This document shows positions 31,001 to 40,618 of a stretch of 64,000 nucleotides of DNA, piece after piece; within the stretch, counting starts at the first letter, position 1, and each line of letters opens with the position of its first letter. Source of the stretch: Deltaproteobacteria bacterium CG11_big_fil_rev_8_21_14_0_20_42_23 (lineage in GTDB: Bacteria > UBA10199 > 2-02-FULL-44-16); assembly GCA_002796345.1 (NCBI GenBank), contig PCXC01000081.1, positions 27,314 to 91,313 on the forward strand, read 5' to 3'. Below the pieces are notes generated by a model. It was not told the origin of the DNA, did no database searches, and was given only the letters and a program-made list of their open reading frames with translations. Both the position numbers and the translations under genes were made by a program.

Positions 31001-31342
31001 TTATTTATGTCCAAATGATCCTGAAAAAGAACCCGAAGACGACTCAGAAGACGGCTTGTCCGAACCTAAAGAATCCACGCGCTCCTTCAGCTCTTTGCCC
31101 ACCTTAAAAAAGGGCAAGCGCTTTGGCTTCACATGAATAGACTCGCCAGTTCGAGGGTTTCTTCCCTTGTACCCGCCGTACTCTTTCACCATGAAACTGC
31201 CCAGGCCTCTTATCTCGATTCTCCCTCCACGAGCCATCACTTTGGTCATGGAATCAAAAATAAGGTTTATGGCATCTTCCGCTCTTTTTTTGGTGATTCT
31301 GGCCTTTTCAGAAATCAGCAAAACTAACTCAGACTTGGTCAT
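31001..31342 (-). CDS. HU/IHF family DNA-binding protein with acidic/Ser-rich tail
   Basis: MTKSELV...RGLGSFMVKEYGGYKGRNPRTGESIHVKPKRLPFFKVGKEL is the canonical HU/IHF arm. The start is trimmed from the ORF-track start. Confidence 0.8.
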   Translation of the reverse strand: MTKSELVLLISEKARITKKRAEDAINLIFDSMTKVMARGGRIEIRGLGSFMVKEYGGYKGRNPRTGESIHVKPKRLPFFKVGKELKERVDSLGSDKPSSESSSGSFSGSFGHK

Positions 31343-31612
31343 AACGACCTCCTCACGTAATGTTTTGAAATTACTTAAGAATTTTACCACCTGCCCACCG
31401 CGACTGTCAACGTGCTTTTCAAAAAGAAATTGGAGAAAGGAAGAATTGCGCCAAACTGCCTTTTAAAGGCATTATAGCGAACGATTCCAGATGACTGTGG
31501 ATTCATTTTTTATTCACCTTCATAAACAGGTGCTTACAGGAACTTCCTTGATTTCACATGAAGGGAAGAAGAAAAACAGCTCCTAAAACCAGGGCTTTTC
31601 CCAGAACTCCCC

Positions 31613-32254
31613 TCAACCCTTTTTAAGGGCCAAAACGTTTTTTTCTCGTTCGCTCGGAAAGGCCCATGCCTTTTCAAAGACTTCACGTTTTATCTTCACT
31701 GAGGCTTGTGGTGGCAAACCAGGATCGTGGAGGGTTACATGCGTTTCGCCAACATCGCACACCAAAACAAAGTGCGCAGAATAACCAGGCTGCTGATACA
31801 AAAGTGAAGCATTCACATTACAAATGGAAAGATATCCTTCGCTTTTCAACTGTTTCAAGTCTTCAAGGGCAGGAAGCCTGACTTCAAGTGGATTTGGTGA
31901 CAACTGAGAAAATTCGCGCGCAAAGGCAAGCTCTTGTAGAATATTGCTTTGCTCAATTTGAATCTTGCCCACCTCTTCCCCACAACGATCAATCACGTAA
32001 GCTTCGCCTCTTTGCGCAAAATCTGCAAAATCAAAATCTTCAATCAGCTTTAAATTGTATCCTCTTTTGTGAAGCCAGAGCATTGAAGCCGTTGGCCATG
32101 TCCACTTTCCATCTTGCTTTGCTGAAATACGATCGAGCTCCTCATAGGAAAAATGTTGCTCTGGCTCAAAATAAGAAAGCACCATCATCAGCACAGCTTG
32201 CCAGCAATGCGTTCCATCACCAGTATTTGGGAAAAAGGGAATTTCTCTCACCAT
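31613..32254 (-). CDS. peptidase C39-like (papain-fold Cys/His) domain protein
   Basis: N-terminal GTHCWQAVLMMVLSYF (catalytic Cys context of PF13529-type proteins) and a later SAHFVLVCD (His). Confidence 0.45.
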   Translation of the reverse strand: MVREIPFFPNTGDGTHCWQAVLMMVLSYFEPEQHFSYEELDRISAKQDGKWTWPTASMLWLHKRGYNLKLIEDFDFADFAQRGEAYVIDRCGEEVGKIQIEQSNILQELAFAREFSQLSPNPLEVRLPALEDLKQLKSEGYLSICNVNASLLYQQPGYSAHFVLVCDVGETHVTLHDPGLPPQASVKIKREVFEKAWAFPSEREKNVLALKKG

Positions 32255-33042
32255 TACGACAACTCCTTCGCTCGTTTGTATGCTGATTGTGTTGCAGCTG
32301 TAAGCATGTCTTCAAATTGTGTTTCGTGCAAAGTGTTGAGAGCGGCTTCGGTTGTTCCTCCCTTTGAAGTCACTTGATTGCGTAATGTTTCAATACTTTC
32401 TTCTGCCTCTTGCATAAGCGCACTGCTGCCAACGAAAAGTTGTTTTACCATGTCTTCTGCTTTTTCTGCCGCGATGCCCATCTGAGAAAAAGCTTTTGAA
32501 AGCACGCGCGCAAACTCAAAAACATAGGCCGGACCTGAACCTGTAATGGCAGTAACTTTATCGATTTCATCATCGGAAGAAAAGGCGTAGGTTTTTGAAA
32601 TGGGAGAAAAAAGTGCGTGCACTTCTTTTTCTTCGCTTTCACTTAAGCCCAAAGCATAAATACCACACACTCCTTTTCCAATTAAACACGGAGTGTTTGG
32701 CATGACGCGAACAAGTTTTTTTGCTGGCAAAGCTGCTGAAAGTGTTTTTGTAGAGACGCCAGCCATGATAGACAGCACAAGACTTTCCGAAGAGAGGTGT
32801 TTTTTTAACTGTGTTGCCAGTTCTTTAAATTGCTGAGGTTTACACGCAAGAAGAAAAGCATCACACTCTTTAAGTTCTTCGTATGATTTTACAGCCGTTC
32901 CCGAAATGCGATCTGCAAGTTCAAGGGATTTTTTGTGGTCGGGATCATAAGTGAAAACGTGAATTCCATGTTGATGCTTTGAAACACCAAGCGCAATAGC
33001 GGTTCCCATATTTCCACATCCTAAAAGTGCAAGCTTCTTCAT
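32254..33042 (-). CDS. proC: pyrroline-5-carboxylate reductase
   Basis: NADP-binding LALLGCGNMGTAIA and the P5CR C-terminal dimerisation domain (TSKGGTTEAAL). Confidence 0.85.
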   Translation of the reverse strand: MKKLALLGCGNMGTAIALGVSKHQHGIHVFTYDPDHKKSLELADRISGTAVKSYEELKECDAFLLACKPQQFKELATQLKKHLSSESLVLSIMAGVSTKTLSAALPAKKLVRVMPNTPCLIGKGVCGIYALGLSESEEKEVHALFSPISKTYAFSSDDEIDKVTAITGSGPAYVFEFARVLSKAFSQMGIAAEKAEDMVKQLFVGSSALMQEAEESIETLRNQVTSKGGTTEAALNTLHETQFEDMLTAATQSAYKRAKELS

Positions 33043-36000
33043 TCTCTTTTCCTTTCAACACCAAGTTCAAGTGGTGCTCCATATCGCATCGTGTTCACGG
33101 CAAATGATCTTGTTTGAACAAATGGCGCAAAGTAAGTTTCGAAATCATAAGATGGAAAATCAAGTTCAGTCAAAACCGTTTTTACATATTTTTCTTCTTC
33201 TGAAATCGAATAAATCTCTTTAAGATAGAGGGCAATATCTCTATTGGAACCTTCTAGCATTACAACGGGAAGATGAACATTACATGCTGCAGCCTTTACC
33301 TGTACTGGAGAAGCTTTGAAAAGGGCTATCTGTTCAGACGTGAATCCAACTTTGTACAAAACATTTACAATGTAATTCCAACTTTCGTACGAAGCCAACG
33401 TTTGAGATAAAAGCGTAACAGGACAAGCTGCTGCAAGTGATGAAAACAAAAAAGGAACAAAACTCATATGTGGTTTTTTATTCACCGCAACATATAAACT
33501 TTTTTCCTTCGACATTTTTACGTTATTCACATTGTGCTGGCCAGGAATAGAAAGATTGTTTTCCCCTTCTTCAAAATATTCTAAAAATTGTTTTTCTAAC
33601 CAAGTTTTCCAAGCCTTTAAAATATAGTGATGATCTTCAGGAAAACTAAACAGAATATTTTTTTCGTATTCAAAAATATTCAATGCTTCCGAAAGCAAAA
33701 CAATTCGCTTTTTTACGTCTGGGATTGATGAAGAAGCAAAGTGAATTTTTTGTCTTTCAGTTTCGGATTCAGAAAAATAAACATCTTCTGTTTGCTTTGG
33801 ACCAAGGTATTTTTCTTCGAGGTGAAAAGCTTCTATGTAGGTTTTCCCACCAGCTTTTGGACCCGTTCCAGAAAGCTTAAAGCCACCAAATGGTTCTATA
33901 GCAACTCTTGCGCCAGTACATGCGCGGTTCACATAAATATTTCCTGCTTCCAGATGCTGTAAGAAATCATCAATTTCATCTTGGGATTGGCTATAGACTC
34001 CTCCCGTTAACGCATATTCCGTTGCATTAAACAGCGCCACCGCTTCAGCGGCGCTACGATAAGAAATAAGATGAATCACTGGACCAAATAATTCTTTTTG
34101 TGACCAGCTTTCTTTGGTAAGCGCTCTTTTGTAAGGAATTTCGAATACAACTGGAGCAAGATAAGCAGGCGGAAGTTTTTCTTGTGATCTGTCTATCAAA
34201 ACTGATCCACCAAACTGTTTGCACTCATTCTTGCATTCAGCAATTTGTGAAAGCAATCGTTCTTTTTCGCGAGCGGAAACAAGCGGATTCATATAGGTAG
34301 CATGATCAACCGCGCTTCCCACTTGCATATCCATACAAGCAGCTTTCAAACGCTGGGCAAATTTATCTTTAATGGATTCGTGTACAATCAATCGTGAAGC
34401 AGCAGAACATTTTTGGCCAGCATGTCCAAAACAAGAATAAAGGACACCAGAAAGCGCTTCATCTAACTCTGCATTGCTCGTGATGATAATGGCATTTTTC
34501 CCACCCATTTCGGTAATGACCTTTACCGGAAGTTCTTCTTGTAACTCTGGATGAAAATACAATCTGCTTGCAGCTTTTCGTGAGATATCCAAGCCAACTT
34601 GTTTTGAACCTGTAAACACTATGCCTGAAACCGCTTTGTGTTCTGTCAGCAAATTCCCTATTTCTGAGCCTTTGCCGGGAACATGCGAAAATACTTCTCG
34701 AGGAATTCCTGCCTTATAGAGCAAATCTGTAAAAGCTTCGATGACAAGAGGTGTTCTTTCTGCAGATTTCAGCAAAACCACATTTCCACTCACAAGTGCT
34801 GCTATCGACATTCCACATGGAATTGCTAACGGAAAATTCCAAGGTGCAATAACAGAAAAAATACCGCGGGCATAAATGGCCTTTGTACCATGTGAAACTC
34901 GCATTTCTTCTTGAGCATAAAAGTTGAGAAAATCGATAGCTTCGTCTACATCGGCAACGGCTTCTCGGAATTGCTTTCCAGATTCAAGTGCAATGAGGTA
35001 CGAAAATTCTCTCCGCGCCAGAAGCAAATGTTCTGCGGCTCTTTTGATGAGGCTTGTTCTCACAATTGACGGCAAACGAGGCCATGCATGAACTTGAAAA
35101 TTCCTCTCGGCTTTTTCAAGCAAAACATTCACGTCATCTTGAGTTGAAAATTGCACTGAACCTACTCTCAAGTTTTCATGTGACGGAGAAAAGACATCAA
35201 TCATTTTTCCATTTCTATTTCCGGTTGCGTGGATGTTTCCAAGCTGATGCTGGAGGTAATGTTGAAAACCTGCATCAAAACATTCTCTTTCCTCTTTTTT
35301 ATAAAATTGAATGGGAGCTATATTTGAAAAAGTATCGCTTATGTGAGTAACAGAGTGATCAAAAGAGAGGGTTCCTTTTTTTCTTTTTTCTTGAATGAGT
35401 TGATGAGCAAATTCTTGAGAGACGTTTTTCTCTTTTCGCATTTGAGTCAACACGCCCACTTGTGAAGAATTTTCCATAATTCTTCTTACCAAATATCCCA
35501 TTCCTTCGATCAATTTTCCAAGGGGAATATAATTCCTCACCGGCCAGCCCAATTCAACCATGGCACACGACAAAGCTTCGAAAGTACCATGAAGACATTG
35601 ATGCTCAATCACGGGAGATTCAGGAAAACAAAGCTCACGCACCGTTTCGGAAAAACAATGATCAAAAATATTGTGAGAAGCAAGACAGAGTTGAAAGTAA
35701 TTTGATTCTGTTAAAAGAAGGAAAACAAGTTGTCTGAAACAAATATCAGTTTCTTCTTTGTTTAAAAACTGTGGTGCATCGTAATTGTGCGCGTTGGCTT
35801 CAACTGTTTCTGCATCCCAATAAGCACCTTTTACTAAACGAATTGGCATTCGCACTTTTCGTTCTTGGGCAAACTGGAGCAAATCTTGAAAATGAGTGAT
35901 GCTATCCCGAAGGTATGCTTGCAAGACAATGCCCACTTGATCATATTGCTTCAAGTCTTCGTTGTCGTACAAAGTTTTTTTCAGCATTTCAAACGATAAA

Positions 36001-37271
36001 TCGCGATAATGGTAATGCTCGGCATCGACATTAATGAAAACTTCTTTATCTTTTGCCTTTCGAAGTATGCGCGCTAATCTTGGACCCACTTTTTTGTAAG
36101 TGTTGTCTATCGCTGCAAAATTATAATCTGAACACAAAGCCGAAAGCTTGACCGAAACATGGGCTTTGTAAATGCCAGCTGAATTTTTTTCGCCGCGATG
36201 TATATGTTTTTCTAAACCTTCAATAATGGAAAGAACATTTTTTTCGTAGCGATCAGCTTCTTCTTCAGACAAAACCAACTCACCCAACTGATCTAGAGTT
36301 GCATCTCTCTTAGTCTTTCGCAGGGTAGCGTATGCCTTGTGTGAAGTCTCAATATTTTCACCAGCGATAAAACGCTTGGCCACTTGGCGCACACTAAATC
36401 GAATACCTTGTGAAATGAAAAAAGCTGGAAGAAAAAACAGGTTTTTATAAGCAAGTGAAAATATATTTTCTAGGAAACGCGGCAAGGGGATTTCTTTTGC
36501 TGATGCTGTTTTCCTAATGGCTGAAGAATCCGCAACAAGACGTCGCAAACTTTCTTTGAGCATTTTTTTAATTTCACGGCCATAGGTATCATGCTCTAAA
36601 GAAGGAAGAACGGCTAAAAATTTAAGGAGATGTACGCGAATAAGGCTAAAATCTGCAGAAAGCTTCAAACCGTAATCTGTTAGTTTTTCAAAAATACTTT
36701 TTCGATATTTTTTAATCTTGTGAGATAAATCATGTTCAAGTTTTGCTGCCACTTCAAACAAATGGTTTGCAGCATCTTCTTTTAAAAAATCTGGAGCCCC
36801 ATAAAAAGCTGTGTTTTGCTCTATGATAGTGGGAGCAAGGTGGAGATCGATAGTAAGGAGTTTTTCGAGGTGTTGCGAAAGATCGGTATACAAAGACAGT
36901 TGATGATCAGAGAGTGAAACTTGTTTTAAATGTTTGCACAAAAAAGATTCCCACTGAGCACGCCTAGAATAAAAACGAATTTTCTTTTCTTCAGGATGAA
37001 TGGCCAAGAGAAATGGAATGGTTTCGAGTGTAATTTCTTTTTTGTAATCATGAGAAAATGCGGATGAAACAACTTCTGAAAGTTTAGCTAAATGGTGAAC
37101 GTTGAGTTCTGTTTTCCCTTCAAACAAAAAAACTTGATAATCTTCGGGAAAAAACAGTGTCCAGATATCGTGTTCAAGCACAACATGATGTTTCAAGATT
37201 TTTGGAAGATATAAAAAAGTATGCATAATCATTTTCCCCGGATTAAGTGAGCGCTGGCCATTTGAGAGCAA
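33039..37271 (-). CDS. putA: bifunctional proline dehydrogenase / L-glutamate-gamma-semialdehyde dehydrogenase PutA (long form, 1410 aa)
   Basis: PRODH barrel motifs (RFIAGE, VDAEHY, LQAYL, RLVKGAYWD). ALDH domain motifs (TGSKQVG, EMGGKNAIII, FGHAGQKCSAAS). An extra roughly 330 aa N-terminal region and a roughly 260 aa C-terminal domain. Confidence 0.85.
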   Translation of the reverse strand: MLSNGQRSLNPGKMIMHTFLYLPKILKHHVVLEHDIWTLFFPEDYQVFLFEGKTELNVHHLAKLSEVVSSAFSHDYKKEITLETIPFLLAIHPEEKKIRFYSRRAQWESFLCKHLKQVSLSDHQLSLYTDLSQHLEKLLTIDLHLAPTIIEQNTAFYGAPDFLKEDAANHLFEVAAKLEHDLSHKIKKYRKSIFEKLTDYGLKLSADFSLIRVHLLKFLAVLPSLEHDTYGREIKKMLKESLRRLVADSSAIRKTASAKEIPLPRFLENIFSLAYKNLFFLPAFFISQGIRFSVRQVAKRFIAGENIETSHKAYATLRKTKRDATLDQLGELVLSEEEADRYEKNVLSIIEGLEKHIHRGEKNSAGIYKAHVSVKLSALCSDYNFAAIDNTYKKVGPRLARILRKAKDKEVFINVDAEHYHYRDLSFEMLKKTLYDNEDLKQYDQVGIVLQAYLRDSITHFQDLLQFAQERKVRMPIRLVKGAYWDAETVEANAHNYDAPQFLNKEETDICFRQLVFLLLTESNYFQLCLASHNIFDHCFSETVRELCFPESPVIEHQCLHGTFEALSCAMVELGWPVRNYIPLGKLIEGMGYLVRRIMENSSQVGVLTQMRKEKNVSQEFAHQLIQEKRKKGTLSFDHSVTHISDTFSNIAPIQFYKKEERECFDAGFQHYLQHQLGNIHATGNRNGKMIDVFSPSHENLRVGSVQFSTQDDVNVLLEKAERNFQVHAWPRLPSIVRTSLIKRAAEHLLLARREFSYLIALESGKQFREAVADVDEAIDFLNFYAQEEMRVSHGTKAIYARGIFSVIAPWNFPLAIPCGMSIAALVSGNVVLLKSAERTPLVIEAFTDLLYKAGIPREVFSHVPGKGSEIGNLLTEHKAVSGIVFTGSKQVGLDISRKAASRLYFHPELQEELPVKVITEMGGKNAIIITSNAELDEALSGVLYSCFGHAGQKCSAASRLIVHESIKDKFAQRLKAACMDMQVGSAVDHATYMNPLVSAREKERLLSQIAECKNECKQFGGSVLIDRSQEKLPPAYLAPVVFEIPYKRALTKESWSQKELFGPVIHLISYRSAAEAVALFNATEYALTGGVYSQSQDEIDDFLQHLEAGNIYVNRACTGARVAIEPFGGFKLSGTGPKAGGKTYIEAFHLEEKYLGPKQTEDVYFSESETERQKIHFASSSIPDVKKRIVLLSEALNIFEYEKNILFSFPEDHHYILKAWKTWLEKQFLEYFEEGENNLSIPGQHNVNNVKMSKEKSLYVAVNKKPHMSFVPFLFSSLAAACPVTLLSQTLASYESWNYIVNVLYKVGFTSEQIALFKASPVQVKAAACNVHLPVVMLEGSNRDIALYLKEIYSISEEEKYVKTVLTELDFPSYDFETYFAPFVQTRSFAVNTMRYGAPLELGVERKRE

Positions 37272-37402
37272 AAACGCAGCGAAACGTTTACCATTTTTAA
37301 GAAAAAGATCATCCTAATTTTTAAAACAAATCCCCCAATTCAAAACAATTGAGGCCAAGCTTCAAAAAGCTCCAGATGCGAGGCGTTCAATTCAAAAACA
37401 AT

Positions 37403-37527
37403 GGCCGATGCTCAAAAATGCCAAAACCCGAGGCGCAGATGCATTCGCACCCGGAGCGTACATAAACGTACGTGAGGAGTGCGAATGCATCTGGAACGAA
37501 GGAGATTGGCGTTTTTCAGCATCGGCC
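37403..37527. repeat. nested inverted-repeat (three-level hairpin) element immediately 3' of tRNA-Arg and upstream of putA
   Basis: Outer 20 bp IR at 37403-37422 / 37508-37527 (18 of 20 complementary). Inner perfect 14 bp IR AGATGCATTCGCAC / GTGCGAATGCATCT at 37437-37450 / 37479-37492. Apical CGTAC-ATAAA-CGTACG hairpin at 37457-37472. U-rich tract on the minus strand after the outer stem. Confidence 0.6.
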
Positions 37528-37529
37528 TG

Positions 37530-37602
37530 TGAGCCCGACAGGAGTTGAACCTGTGACCTAGCGCTTAGGAGGCGCTCGCTCTATCCACTGAGCTACGGGC
37601 CC
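37530..37602 (-). tRNA. tRNA-Arg (anticodon CCU)
   Basis: Manual cloverleaf. Acceptor GGGCCCG/CGGGCUC with one G-U pair. D-arm GCUC-AGUGGAUA-GAGC. Anticodon stem AGCGC/GCGCU with loop CUCCUAA. T-arm ACAGG-UUCAACU-CCUGU. Discriminator A. 73 nt, no encoded CCA. Confidence 0.9.
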
Positions 37603-37635
37603 AAGAGTTGATTCCGAAAAGAATCAACACAAGAA

Positions 37636-38184
37636 CTAACTATAGGAAGCAATAGCGAAGCTAGCGGCATCAAGAATATTTTTTCTGCCGTCTAAGAAAG
37701 CAAGTTCTATCACAAATGCGCATTCGTGAATGTGGCCACCAGATTTTTTCACCAATTTGCACGCAGCCTCGGCAGTGCCACCGGTTGCCAGCAAGTCATC
37801 GATGATCACCACCCTATCACCTTTGCAAAGAGCATCGGTGTGCATCTCTACTACAGCACTACCGTATTCGAGATCATAAGAAACTTCGATGGTTTCGTAG
37901 GGAAGTTTTCCCTTTTTACGAATGGGCACAAACGCAATTCCCAAACTGTGCGCCAACGCAGCGCCAAAAAGAAATCCACGAGATTCAATGCCAACAATGG
38001 CCGAAAGTTTTTCACCTTTGTAACGCGACGCAAACACTTCAATGATAGATCGAAATACATTTGGATCACTCAATAATGGAGTAATATCTTTAAAGACAAT
38101 TCCAGGTTTTGGAAAATCAGGGATATCACGCACATGTTGTTTTACCAGTTGTTCCACGCGTTGCTCCTTTTGGTTTTGTTTCAT
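37636..38184 (-). CDS. apt: adenine phosphoribosyltransferase
   Basis: PRPP motif VVIIDDLLATGGTAEA; 182 aa, typical length. Confidence 0.9.
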   Translation of the reverse strand: MKQNQKEQRVEQLVKQHVRDIPDFPKPGIVFKDITPLLSDPNVFRSIIEVFASRYKGEKLSAIVGIESRGFLFGAALAHSLGIAFVPIRKKGKLPYETIEVSYDLEYGSAVVEMHTDALCKGDRVVIIDDLLATGGTAEAACKLVKKSGGHIHECAFVIELAFLDGRKNILDAASFAIASYS

Positions 38185-38235
38185 CTTGTTCTCATCTTCT
38201 CATTTTATTTTCTGCTCTTTTGCAAAAAGTGGGGC

Positions 38236-39000
38236 TCACTTATCCCGCTTGGGCAAGAAAAACAAGGGATTCCTCGCCACAGTTCCCTTTCGCACTTCAA
38301 AATGAAGATGTGGGCCAGTAGTACGACCCGTTCTTCCTACATAGGCAATGACTTGGCCTGATTTAATTTTTTGATCTTTTTTCACCACATTATTTTTATT
38401 GTGCGCATATGCCGTAAAATAATCATCAGTATGTCGTATTAAAATGAGATTTCCGTATCCTCTCATTTTTCCGGAAAAGGCAACTCTTCCCTCACCTGCT
38501 GCTTTTATCGGCGTGCCAATACTGGCTTTGAGGTCAACGCCATCATGTCGTCTGCCTCCACGAAGGCCAAATCCTGAAACCACCACTCCTCCGATGGGCC
38601 AGGAAAAACGATTGTGATCGACATGAATTTTTTTTGGTTCTTCAGCAGAAGCAGTACTTCCTCTTGCTTGAGTTGAAGGCTTGTGTCTGGATGATGAAGA
38701 AGCGGTGCGCAATTTTTTGTAACCAGCTTTTTTTTCACGCTCTGGAATGGCAATATCCATTCCCACCAGCATGTCATCGGGATTTTGAATGTTATTGTAT
38801 TCGGCCAAATCTTGCACTTCAACGCGATAAGCTTTTGCTATGCTCCAAATATTTTCACCACGCCTAACCGTGTGAACTTTTCCTTGTTTATTATAAGAGG
38901 TGGCACAACTGAGGCTTAAGAAAAGACAGAAAAAACAAAAAAAGTGAAGAAGGCTTTGAAGAGAAAATATTTTTTCAATTCGTTTTTGCGGCATTACCAT
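38236..39000 (-). CDS. nlpD: LysM-domain M23 family metallopeptidase lipoprotein (NlpD-like)
   Basis: Lipobox LSLSC, a LysM (HTVRRGENIWSIAKAY...), and M23 motifs HDGVDL and GPHLHFEV. Confidence 0.8.
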   Translation of the reverse strand: MVMPQKRIEKIFSLQSLLHFFCFFCLFLSLSCATSYNKQGKVHTVRRGENIWSIAKAYRVEVQDLAEYNNIQNPDDMLVGMDIAIPEREKKAGYKKLRTASSSSRHKPSTQARGSTASAEEPKKIHVDHNRFSWPIGGVVVSGFGLRGGRRHDGVDLKASIGTPIKAAGEGRVAFSGKMRGYGNLILIRHTDDYFTAYAHNKNNVVKKDQKIKSGQVIAYVGRTGRTTGPHLHFEVRKGTVARNPLFFLPKRDK

Positions 39001-39716
39001 CCCTCTTCACCAATGAGCTTTACAAAACGACACTTGCTTATTTTTCGCTCAGTATACTCATTTCCATTTTTTTGGATACAAAGAAGTTCTTGTGTTTCTT
39101 CTCCTCCAACGGGAATAATAAGACGTCCGCCATCGCAAAGTTGCTCACGCAATTGTTCGGGAACAACGGGCGCACCAGCGGTAACGATAATACCATCAAA
39201 AGGTGCTTTTTCTTTCCAACCCAAAGTACCGTCACCAACTCTGAAAAAAATATTTTTGTACTTGAGCTTGTATAAAACTTTTCGCGCTCCCACCGACAAA
39301 CTTTGAATGCGCTCTATGGTATAGACTTCGCCCGCAAGTTCAGCAAGGACAGCAGTTTGATAGCCAGAGCCAGTTCCAATTTCCAAAATTCTTTTTTGAT
39401 TATTCAGCTCAAGCAACTCCGTCATGATAGCAACCATGATAGGTTGTGAAATCGTTTGCCGCTCACCAATATGAAGAGAGCGATCAAAGTAAGCTTGTTC
39501 TTCCATTCCCGCAGACACAAAAAGATGCCGAGGAACTTTTTCCATCGCGGAAAGAACTTGTTTGTCTTTGATTCCTCCGACAATAAGTTGCTCTTGCACC
39601 ATTTTTTTTCTGGCTATTTTATAATAATCGTAACCATCTGCATGTCTTTTACTTTTGTTCATCGTTTGACTCTCATAAGGCAAATAAGGCTTCAGCATAT
39701 TTCCAAAACTCCTCAC
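38994..39716 (-). CDS. pcm: protein-L-isoaspartate O-methyltransferase
   Basis: SAM-binding VLEIGTGSGYQTAVLAEL and the PCMT C-terminus; the start may be an internal Met (MNKSKR). Confidence 0.85.
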   Translation of the reverse strand: MRSFGNMLKPYLPYESQTMNKSKRHADGYDYYKIARKKMVQEQLIVGGIKDKQVLSAMEKVPRHLFVSAGMEEQAYFDRSLHIGERQTISQPIMVAIMTELLELNNQKRILEIGTGSGYQTAVLAELAGEVYTIERIQSLSVGARKVLYKLKYKNIFFRVGDGTLGWKEKAPFDGIIVTAGAPVVPEQLREQLCDGGRLIIPVGGEETQELLCIQKNGNEYTERKISKCRFVKLIGEEGW

Positions 39717-40462
39717 AATTTCCAGGTTCTCAAACGGCTCAACATATCAAAATCAGTTTGATTAATTTTAAGTGGTGTCACGGCAATTTTTTTCTCCTGA
39801 AGAGCGTCACAGTCTGAACCGGGAATACTTTGAAAGCCAAGCTCCCCTCCACCTAGCCAGTAGTAAGGTTTTCCGCGCGGATCACTTTTTTTGATAATGT
39901 GATCTCCATATGTTCGTTTGCCTTGCGACGTGATGACGCACTCGAAGTCTTCGTCTGTTTTTCCATTAGGCACATTCACATTCAGCATAATATCGGCAGG
40001 AAGAGAATGTTCAAAAATTTGCTCTGCAAGCTTTACAGCAAAGCGCGCCGCAGGTTGAAACTGAAAATGATCGAAGGTAGCGAGCGAAATAGCAAACGAA
40101 GGAATACCAAGCAAACCCGCTTCTCTTGCTGCAGCCACAGTTCCTGAGTAGTGAATATCATCACCAATATTTGGACCATGGTTGATGCCAGAAACAACAA
40201 GGTCTGGCTTCTGCTTGAGAATTTCCATCACCCCTAACATCACGCAATCAGTTGGAGTTCCTGTTGTGGTATAGACATTATCCGCTCGCTCTACAATGCG
40301 AAGCGGACGGTGCAAGGTAAGCGAATGGCTTGAAGCACTTCGCTCGTAATCTGGCGCCACCACCACAACGTTTGCAATATTTTTCAACGCGGCCACAAGG
40401 CATTGAAGGCCTTCGGCATGAATTCCATCATCATTTGAAACTAGAATAAGGGGTTTACTCAT
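39713..40462 (-). CDS. surE: 5'/3'-nucleotidase SurE
   Basis: N-terminal ILVSNDDGIHAEG signature. Conserved surE-pcm-nlpD order. The start is trimmed to MSKPLILV. Confidence 0.85.
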   Translation of the reverse strand: MSKPLILVSNDDGIHAEGLQCLVAALKNIANVVVVAPDYERSASSHSLTLHRPLRIVERADNVYTTTGTPTDCVMLGVMEILKQKPDLVVSGINHGPNIGDDIHYSGTVAAAREAGLLGIPSFAISLATFDHFQFQPAARFAVKLAEQIFEHSLPADIMLNVNVPNGKTDEDFECVITSQGKRTYGDHIIKKSDPRGKPYYWLGGGELGFQSIPGSDCDALQEKKIAVTPLKINQTDFDMLSRLRTWKL

Positions 40463-40618
40463 AACGTTAACTTTCTCAAAAAGAAGGGAGCTTTCTGTAA
40501 GATTTACACACACATGTGTCAAGATTTGAAATAGCAAAAACCCCCGCATTTTTGCCGCATTCCAAGAAGTTTTTCACCTAGACTTCTTTTTCAATGAATG
40601 CTAACGGGTCGCCCCACT

